NCBI GenBank assembly: GCA_016748015.1
Contig: JAAOMT010000299.1
Coordinates: 338,166-402,165 of the forward strand
DNA from: Geosiphon pyriformis uo1
Lineage: Eukaryota > Fungi > Glomeromycota
DNA: 64,000 bases
Direction of reading: 5' to 3'
Shown here in pieces: positions 54,943-64,000 of the stretch. Positions within the stretch are counted from its first letter, which is position 1. Each line of letters opens with the position of its first letter. A model generated the notes under the pieces. The model was not told where the DNA came from and made no database searches. It was given only the letters and a program-made list of their open reading frames with translations. The position numbers and the translations under genes were made by a program.

Positions 54943-56455
54943 TTAAAAATCATCGACTAATTTTTTTAGGTCTTTATCGACACCCAACCCTTCCTCCAAT
55001 CCATCGAGAAACTTTCTCAAACTCTTGACACCATAATCATCTCTCATACACCACAAAAATTTGTTTACAAGCCTCTCACGGATTTCCAACAAAATATTTC
55101 GAAAAACTTGCTTGCTTCCAAAATCATCAAAGAAAAATGGGAACTCATTTTTCTCGTCTTCTTGAGCGAGATACGCGTTAATTTGAGCTGGAGTAGTTGA
55201 TAAAAGCTTATGAGCTAGTTTCGGGTGTTGTGTGAATTTGTGCCACAGTCCATTAAGAAGGACTCGATTACGCGGGGTCTGGCCATCCGGGTTAGTTGGA
55301 CGATCCCAAATGGATCGGTTTCCCTGGTGAAATTGTGCCTTCACTGAATGATATGAAGTAAGGATTTTTAAGAATTATCCATCTTAATCAATTTTGAATT
55401 GAAAGAAAAGGAAAAAAAGTACCATAGTGCTCGGCGGTAACCCAGACTCTATCGCTAATTTTAACGGTGGCTGGAAATGAATTGAGAAATTCGGCTGGCA
55501 TTTGAGCTCCTTGAGAATGTGGAACGGATGTCTGAGAAAAAAGAAATCAATTTTTTTTCGAGCTCAGCCTTTTATGGCATATAAAAAGGTTGCTTACCAA
55601 TTGACACCATTTCAAAATCCCTTGCAGAATCTCTTCTTGGACGACGATAGTCCCATTTGCACCCACCTTCTTGAATTCTCTTATCCCCCACCTTTGACTA
55701 TCTATAAATATTTTTGGTCTCACAACCACAAGACATAAAGATTCGCAATCACAAAAAATTCTAATTCTTCTAATTAAATCTCTTGTGCTGCATACATTGT
55801 CGGTTGGTGAGCAAACCAAAAACACGCAAGCTCGATATTCGTTTGTCCAGAGATGTACAGCGATATTACGAACCAGTTGAACGGTTTTATCAATTGGATG
55901 AGAATTTGGTATTTTACAAAATAATGGACAGATACCTCTACCTCGTAAAGAAGATTCTATGTTCGAGTCAGCAAGGGAAAAAGTAGGCGAGAAGGAGATG
56001 AATAAGGCCGTGAATTTAATTGGAAACTGCTCGGGAGCTATCACACGAGATTGGGGAGCTGGCTGGCACGGAGGCAGAAATGAGGAATCGAGACGATCTA
56101 CGTTTGACGAAGAAGCAATACCAATTTCTGCAACCAGATCTTGCTTAAAATTTTCCAGAACCTCGGGTAAAACTTGTTGTTTGATTAATTTACAAACTTT
56201 AGGAATAATTTCGAGCTTGAACGCATTCAAAACGGTTCTCAGATCTTCCTCCAATATATCTTCAGCTCCGTGACCGTGGTTTAAATCATTATCTTTCTCG
56301 TGTTTATTTTTTTCATTGATAGGTGGTGGGAAATCATTTTGAGCGTCATCATCAATCTGGGTACCTGATGAGATGTTGGTCCAGGTAGACTCGTTTGAGG
56401 AGGTTGTCGAATCAGGTAAACTGATCGTATCATCTTCATTATGTGCCAGGGACAT
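54943..56455 (-). CDS. ~455-aa protein with acidic disordered N-terminus, unassigned alpha/beta middle domain and divergent C-terminal NADAR (YbiA-like) domain; exons 56455-55598, 55531-55423, 55343-54943
   Basis: Introns GTAAGC...CAG (55597-55532, phase 0) and GTACTT...CAG (55422-55344, phase 1) give one open frame: ..EFLNSFPATVKISDRVWVTAEHYVKAQF..LWHKFTQHPKLAHKLLST..NILLEIRERL. This matches the NADAR signatures W.T.EHY.QA.KF, KF.QH..L...LL.T and LM..RE.L. Confidence 0.82.
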
Positions 56456-56745
56456 GACGTTACAGGTCACGAGACCAATTTTTTTTATAATTATTATATA
56501 ATTTCAAAGAAAATAAGGCTAAAAGGAAAGGAAAGAAATGAAAGTATGATGTGATCTTTTGTCTGAAAAATAGATTGACTCTTATAATTTTTTCGTTCCC
56601 AATAGCCAAGAAATCAATATTTTACTTTAGAATGTTATATAATGATTCAGATTTCAATCCATCAATCATCAAATTTTTTGAAAATATTTCATTTTACGCA
56701 CTTTTTCGATGGTATCATTTTATTGTGAAAATTGGAAGACGACGA

Positions 56746-56795
<50 letters not shown>

Positions 56796-56814
56796 AATGG
56801 TGATGATGATAATG
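56746..56814. repeat. (ATG)n microsatellite, 16 perfect units plus a degenerate tail
   Basis: Seen directly; about 290 bp upstream of the NADAR-domain gene. Confidence 0.95.
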
Positions 56815-57759
56815 TCTCAAAGGAACAAATCTAAAAGAAAAGTGATTGATTATATTAGAATGATAAATGAAATTTTTGAAAGGACTAGGAATAAGATATA
56901 TTTTTTTAGAGATAATATAATTTTGGAATTGTTTCAAAATCTTTCAATCCTTTCGATATCCAACATGAATATTAATATATATTAAATAAATATATTAAAA
57001 TTTAACATGAACTCAATTATGTAATTATATTTACTTTTGATAAAGAATTCTGAAAAAAAAATTCAAGAATTTTCTTAAATCAAAAAAAATTTCAATGGAG
57101 CAAAATTCAAAAAAAGAAGCTTTGATAGATGTAGTGAAAACTGTAAGGCAAAACTTCATGGCAACATAAAAGCTCAATCTTACCCAACTTCGTTTCACTT
57201 TTTTCAATTAAAGTTCTCCCAGTTAAACAACTACTCATTTTTTTATCATCAATTAGAAAAAACTTTTTAGCCATTTTCAAAAATGGGTGAACATTAATTT
57301 TAATATGGTATTGCGATTAATGACATTCATAAACGCCAATCAAATATCGTCCAGAAATGTGGGACAAAGCTGTACTATGTACTATGTAAGTAGTATGTTT
57401 TTCAAAAGCGATATTTTTGTTACTCAATCTCGATAAAAACCTGAAAAGAAATATTCAAAGGCTTTTTGTTTTTCTTGGAATTTTTTTTTTTGAAGATCCA
57501 TTAAAAATTGAACGCGTTTCAAGGTTTGGTTTATTAAATTGTTAAAAAACTTATAGAATTCTTTTATTTGAATTCCTCTTTCTTAATATATAATAGATTG
57601 AATGCCAAGTTTTAAACATCATATTTGCTTAAAGAAAAAAAGGATGTCTTAATATTAGAAGTTCTAATATGTAAATGATTTGGGATATTGACATAAAATA
57701 ATTTAAATAAATAATATTCTTTTTAGACAAGAAAATGTGTGATCCTGAAATCTTTTCAT

Positions 57760-58791
57760 TTATATAACATGAAATTTGAACAATGGGGCTCGTAATTGAG
57801 CATCTGCAATGTTAGCATAAGGGTTTCCGTGATGTAAGAGATGAAAATGAAATATGAATACTTCTTGGTGGTATTGGGTCAAATTTAAAAATTGCAAAGG
57901 GATCATTGGAGTTTGATGCGAAGTATTAAAAGTGACTTCTTTTCTCCCTTGATTTTGTGAATTTGGAAGTGGTTGAATCAAAGAATCTTGCTTCTCATCG
58001 TCGTCGCAAGAATCACTAGTTCCAATTTGAAAAGATCCATTCAAGCTTCCAATGGTGGCATTAAGAAATCGGTCAACTTGGGCATTAATTGGGATTAATT
58101 CATTTGAAAGTTGAGTTTGAGCTTGAGCTTGTTGTTCAGTTTGAGAAGAGGTCAATCCCAAACAAGGATTTTGAGCGGCAGTAGAAGTAAAAGTAGAAGT
58201 AAAAGTAAAAGTACCAGTAGCAGTAGCAGTAGCAGTAATAGTAATTTCACTATTATTGAACAAAGTATTCGAAATAGGATGGTTTTTTACATTTCGTTTT
58301 TTTTTCTTTGGAAACATAATTTTATACAGGCGAGTTGCTTCTTGAGCCAAATTTTTATAAAATGCCTTCACATTTTCGGGTTCTTTTTTCCACCAGGCAG
58401 AAATTAATCCAGAGATTTTGGTCATATGAATTCCATTACAACCTTGACTTTTAAGTTCTTTAATCGCTACTATACGATATATAATGAACGAATTTGGTGG
58501 TTTAGAAGGTGGTACATTGGTCATGTTGTTTGATTTTCCAAATAAGAGGTTTTGTGGTGTTATTTGTGGTGGGAATGATGGTTTAAAATCGAAGTAAGGA
58601 AAGAAAGTTGAGGGCATGATAGTAACTATTTGGTTATTGGCATCTTTTGATGTTGATTCGAATCTTTTGGTTAAATTTAATGATTCATTTTGATTTTGAC
58701 CTGATGTAAAGTTATCATCATTATCTATGTAATAAGAAAAATTCTGTAATTCGTTGATTGGGCTGCTTGAGGAAGTTTGAGAATTGTACAT
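57760..58791 (-). CDS. MATA-type HMG-box transcription factor
   Basis: PSKPPNSFIIYRIVAIKELKSQG..HMTKISGLISAWWKKEPENVKAFYKNLAQEATRLYKIMFP, preceded by FKPSFPPQITPQNL. First ATG at 58791. A possible 58-nt intron at 57861-57804 (GTATTC..GCTAAC..CAG) would change and extend the C-terminus. Confidence 0.9.
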   Translation of the reverse strand: MYNSQTSSSSPINELQNFSYYIDNDDNFTSGQNQNESLNLTKRFESTSKDANNQIVTIMPSTFFPYFDFKPSFPPQITPQNLLFGKSNNMTNVPPSKPPNSFIIYRIVAIKELKSQGCNGIHMTKISGLISAWWKKEPENVKAFYKNLAQEATRLYKIMFPKKKKRNVKNHPISNTLFNNSEITITATATATGTFTFTSTFTSTAAQNPCLGLTSSQTEQQAQAQTQLSNELIPINAQVDRFLNATIGSLNGSFQIGTSDSCDDDEKQDSLIQPLPNSQNQGRKEVTFNTSHQTPMIPLQFLNLTQYHQEVFIFHFHLLHHGNPYANIADAQLRAPLFKFHVI

Positions 58792-59881
58792 TGAAATGTC
58801 TTTATCGATAGAATTATTAAACTTCTCTCTGTGGAATCTTTTTCTTTTAACGACAATAATAAAATCACGATTCGCATCTTCCAACCTTATTTTTAAAGGA
58901 AAGATCAAGACTTGGGTGACACTTTAAAAGAATTTTTTTTTTTGAATTTAAAACACATTATCTCTTACCGGAAACATTCAGGAGAAATTTTTTTGGGATG
59001 AAAAGGTGTCACAATGACGGGAAATATAATCATTACTATAACATTATATTTGTGAGTTCGGATTTTTTCTAAAAATAACCCAACCTTTGTTTTTTAATCA
59101 TATCATCAGCCCCGAATGAGATTTTTGTTAAGTTCATTAATTATTGGTGAGAATTCAAATCATTCATTGAAAAAATAAAAGATTTTTTTTCGAATAGACA
59201 GCGGGAACTTTTGCAAATTTCGATTTCATTGAGTTATTGTTGTTTTCGTTTGCCACAGTTCGCTCGGCCGACTTGTAAAATATTAAGATAAATAAGGTTT
59301 TGAATAATCTTCAGGAACACTATTTCTAATTTTTTAAATTTTTTTGTAAAGTCTTTCTTAGACAAATGCTCACTCTCCCTTATGTGAGTGAAACCATTGA
59401 CAATATATACATTAAAAAAAAAAGATTATATCAAATAATTTTTTTTGAATTCAAATGAAAATTATGATTTAGATACATAGAATATTAATGATGAGAAAAT
59501 AACCAAACTCAAATTAGTATGCATACCCAATTCGTGAGTTTTTAAAATGAAACACAAATGTTATATATTTTTTCGGCCTTTTTATTTGATTAATTAATGA
59601 AACAATTGGTGTTACCAATTGTTTCCTTAAAAGAGAACATCCTGTTTAGGTAAATTTCCAAAATACATTCATTTCATGACAACGTTAATTAAAGTTTTCT
59701 TTTTATTCGAAACCTTCTTATCTTAATAATATGTTTATATATCAATATTATAAATTCAAATTAGTGAACCTAAAAATAAATAAGATACTCAAAAAAGATA
59801 AATAGATGATTTCTCGCATGTAGAAAATCTTAATTGGATTATATAATGAAAAATTTCTTTAAATATCTTGATTATTTAAAA

Positions 59882-59917
<36 letters not shown>
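59882..59917. repeat. (ATT)n microsatellite, ~12 units
   Basis: Seen directly. Confidence 0.9.
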
Positions 59918-60668
59918 GCATATAAAGTTTTTAAGATTTAGAATAAACTTCATGTTTTTTATTTTACTAATCAACCTGAGCCTTACACAATATGCACAAA
60001 AAATAATAAAAGTCAAATTTATTTAAAATTTCATTAATAAACAAACTACTTTTGAAATGATTTTAAGTTAACCAAAATACGTATATATATTTTAAATTAT
60101 TTTTCTCATTACTTTTTAATTAAATTTTTTTTTTGAACAACATTCTAAAATTATAAAAATTATCAAATATCATTCAAATAAAATAATAAAACAGATAAAA
60201 ACTTTAAGAAAAATTTATATCTTGATTTATCTAAAAATAAATGTTTCAGATTATACTTTAGATGTGATTCTTTCTCAAATAACATACTAATAGATTATTA
60301 CATAATGGCATTTATTTACACAAATTATACTTGAAGAAAAATTATTTATTATTAATAAGCTTTGATTTTGTAATAAATTATAAATTGAAACACAACAAAA
60401 AAGCCAAATGTATTTTCAAAATATTTTGATTACCAGTTTTTAGAAAATAAATAAAACTTTCAGTTAACAAAAATAACAGTAATTAACTCATATCAATTGT
60501 AATTAGAAACTTTTTTTATTGTTTTTATAAATACAATACTATTAAAACAAATAAAATATTCTTTTTAATTAAACAACTTGGTATTTTATATAATTTAACA
60601 TTTAATAAATCAATAAACTATAATTAATTCAAATTTCAAAATAAGCTATTATTCAAAAATATGGTAAT

Positions 60669-60704
<36 letters not shown>
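60669..60704. repeat. (TAA)n microsatellite, ~12 units
   Basis: Seen directly. Confidence 0.9.
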
Positions 60705-60706
<2 letters not shown>

Positions 60707-63489
60707 TTATTATTGCATTAACTAGGCGTAACTCAATCACAACCTAACGATACGTAATAAAAAAAATTATTACATGTTAGAAGCAGCTCACGTGCTCTCT
60801 ATGTGTAATCAGTCACTCGGGCCAGCCAAAAGCAAAGCCACCTAGTTTTTGTAACTCTGAGAATGCTATATCAGATACAATATGTGCGAAATTTCTCAAA
60901 CCTCTAAAACACAGTGCAACCGCAAAACCTGACTGCTTCATTGAAACCTCTATTTAAATTGTTTGTTTTTCCCAATGTGTTTAGTTCATTGATCCTAATT
61001 ATACCCACTTTCTTCAATTCGGCTCTGAGTTGGGCTTGGGGTATCAAAATCCTTTCACAATGGCTACTAACGAATTCACAAACAAGATTTGTAATTCTCA
61101 TTTACTGTCCTTCAAAATCCTTAATTTTTTTCCATACCAAACATAAATCTCTTAATTTACAATACCTCCTGGGGAATAATGAACTATTCCAAATACAAAT
61201 CAAATTTTAATTTGTAAAATATAACATACTTAGTGTTATTAATTGAAATTTAAAACTAATTGAATTTCTCCTAAAAAAGCTAATAATTGAGATTTTGAAA
61301 CTAATTACATTAAATGAATTAATTATACATTTAATTTGCTTTTTTTTTAAAATTTTTCTTGATTAAAATTATATTGTCTTTAGTTTCTTTCAAATCTGCT
61401 ATCTATTAACTTGTTTATTCAACCCATTATAACTCTATGATTTCAAATTTATTATTAATTATCCAATTATTAAATGTTTTTAAACTCTATAATAATTAAA
61501 AGTTTACTGAAATTTGAACAGTTTGAAAGAATTTGCCGAAATCTTGAAAAAATTCATAGAAATATTTTTGTAAAAATAATAGTGCTGAAATTTAGAATAG
61601 CTTTAAAGATTTTAACACTAAAAATTGAACTATTATCAAAATTGAATGTTTTGAACAGTTTGAGGATTCTCAAGTTATAACTGGATATCCCCAAAAATAG
61701 AAAATCACAGCAGAAATTGAGTTATTGGGAAATTTCAATATTCCAACATCACAAAATTTTTTAGATATCAGCAACAGCATTTGGCCATTTTTATTAGTAT
61801 TAACACTTTGATAAAAAGAAATATCTTTCAATAAAACTGAGCATTTTAATGGCAAATTACAGTATTTACATTGTTGATTGCAACATTCTAAAGTTACTAC
61901 TCCTTATTTTTATACATCTTAATTTTGTTTTATCTAGTTCTTAGCTGAAACTCTGTCAGTTTATTTTAATAAAATCACCACTTTGTAATAAGAGACTTGA
62001 AAATGCCAAAGATGATGAACATATTTGATCAGCTTTGTATTATTGTTGACCAAGAAGAATATAAAGTCGGCAAATTGGCTCCTTTCATGCAAGTGTGTTT
62101 TGTGTAATTCTTAATATCTTTGGTTATTAACCTTGGTAGTATTTTCTCTAAAGTTAAAGATAGCACTTCTGTATTTAGATTCATCCATTTGGTATGTAGG
62201 TTTTATGCTGTATATAAAATCAATTGAATATTAGAAAGATTGGCAACAAAAGGCTTTCTATAATTGCTATGGCAAAGTGAATAATGTTTATGATTTTGCG
62301 ATTTTTTTCGTGTTTAACAGTCTTATTGTAGAAAATTGTTGCCAATACTATTTGCTTGATTAATGAAGCCAACAATGAGGAGGCTCAATAACAAATGTCT
62401 GCAATTTTTTTCTTCTAAATGGTTTAGTAAACGTTCAATTTCGATCTCCATCATTACTAAAGCGACCAAAAGTGCTTTTGCTGCCATGCCCGTGAACGAT
62501 GAATCTAAAGTCAAAAACTTTGATTCATGATTTCTAAGCAAGAAAATGGAAACTCAAAAATTGGCTACGAGAGCAATTTTAAACAAGTCACTCGTTCTCT
62601 CATGTTTTCTTACAGAATAAATCATTTGTAAAAGGTACCTCCCTAGTTCCCTGACAAACCTTTAAAAAATTCAAATATTGATCCAACTGTTTTTCCATGT
62701 ATATTGGTGAATTGAAAATAATGTCGATTTACTATTCAAAGACTCAATTTTCCTGAAATACACCTATATGCCTTCTTAAAAAGCTTTATTTCAGGAGTAT
62801 AACTTTTGAGATTAGGGAAAATTATTGGAAACAATATTTTGCAATCGCCTATCTTGGTTATGACAAAGTTAATTTCGGCAACATTTACCAGATATAAATT
62901 TGTTTAAGATTGGCCATTTGCAAATTTGAATGATATAACTTTTAGCATTTTGTTTTAAAACCTTGATATCGAGAATTTTCAAATAGTAATCAATGAAAAA
63001 TCATGTTTTAATAAATAATTTTTGCATACTCAATGTAGGATGCATGATTAGAAATCTTTTTATTTCAGGGATTGTCGAAGAACTTATTAATTGCCGAGTT
63101 ATCTACGGGTGAGATATCATCTGAAATTTCATTACCGTATCTAGTTATGATATTTGAATATCGGAAAATCTAATGTTTTGGATATGAAAATATCGATTGT
63201 ATATCCACCCTGTCATTTAGAAAGCCCATTAATGATGAACAAGATCGGAATATTCGAGAATTGGTTTCATTGTGTACATTTGATAATTCCAGCAATTAAA
63301 TACAAATTTTTACTTTTCACGTTTTGAAAGATTTTTGAATCATGTTAAGTGAGGATAAACTTGAAAAGTTTTCGAATGTGACATATAATTTTAAGCTAAA
63401 TTTCCAATAAATCTGTGATAAAAAAATTAAAATCTGCCACAGTAGTGATCCAGAGATATTTTTTTTCAAGTAGTTTAACTATTCTTTTC

Positions 63490-63513
63490 ATATATATATA
63501 TATATATATATAT
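63490..63513. repeat. (AT)n microsatellite
   Basis: Seen directly. Confidence 0.9.
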
Positions 63514-64000
63514 TTTATAATATGTATAATTTAAACAAACTGATAGTTTTGTAAAAAAAATTGCTGATTTTCCCATGTACATTAACTTTTGATTCTTTAT
63601 TAATAAACAGAAAAATCGTAATTCAATAAATACAATTTCGATATAAAATTCGATACCAAGATTAGTGGGTTTCATCCCTTTATTGTGAAAATATGTAATT
63701 GTTTGATACAAATTTTTTATTTTAATGAAAGATTTTTAAGGAATTAAGGTTAGATATTAATTTTATTTCAACTTGTTTTAAAAATGTTGGGACAATCGAA
63801 AGAAAACTGAGAATATCAAAATGAACAATTTTAATTACAGAATCAAGATACGTGACTTAATTTCATCCAATATTCGATTTCTTGGTTATTTGTTTTTAAT
63901 TATCTCGGAGTAATTGTGAAAAGATGAGGGAGCTTTTTTTTACTTTGCAAAATATTTTAAATATTTTCAACTTATTCACAAGCTAATTGTATAAAGAAAC

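Noticed and set aside
56551-56985. Poly-Met and poly-His ORFs
   Set aside because: Artefacts of the (ATG)n microsatellite.
57760-58791. Mating-type (sexM/sexP-like) locus
   Set aside because: No flanking triose-phosphate transporter or RNA helicase genes, and the HMG family is multicopy in this group.
60850-64000. Possible gene or pseudogene in CpG-retaining DNA (ORFs 60904-61101, 61670-61855, 62323-62541)
   Set aside because: Only short ORFs with no recognisable motif, and I could not build a consistent exon chain. Needs tblastx or RNA-seq.

Overview
Eukaryotic, very AT-rich fungal DNA. Short GT-AG introns, a MATA-type HMG-box gene, a QDE-1-type RNAi polymerase and the Gypsy/LINE families suggest Glomeromycotina (Geosiphon/arbuscular-mycorrhizal-like); this is inferred, not proven. 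About 80% of the window is a nest of dead transposons. It holds Ty3/Gypsy LTR elements: a complete 10.07-kb copy at 29086-39156 with a CCAT target-site duplication (TSD), a composite minus-strand copy at 3724-14645, a solo LTR, a truncated copy and a fragment of a second subfamily. It also holds three copies of an RNase-H-bearing LINE, a pogo/Tigger transposase relic, a 57-bp tandem array and near-pure A/T deserts. The transposons are riddled with C>T/G>A transitions and CpG-depleted. Three host genes look intact and keep their CpGs: an RNA-dependent RNA polymerase (17502-21100, 2 exons), a 3-exon protein with a divergent C-terminal NADAR/YbiA domain (56455-54943) and a MATA-HMG protein (58791-57760). 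Most notable: (1) the Gypsy family carries a Cys-rich domain I cannot assign plus a dUTPase between protease and RT, and an extra ORF in the env position; (2) a RIP-like transition gradient stops sharply at gene edges; (3) every resolvable nested insertion is antisense to its host, creating two ~0.9-kb LTR inverted repeats near the RdRP gene. All coordinates and translations were read by eye.
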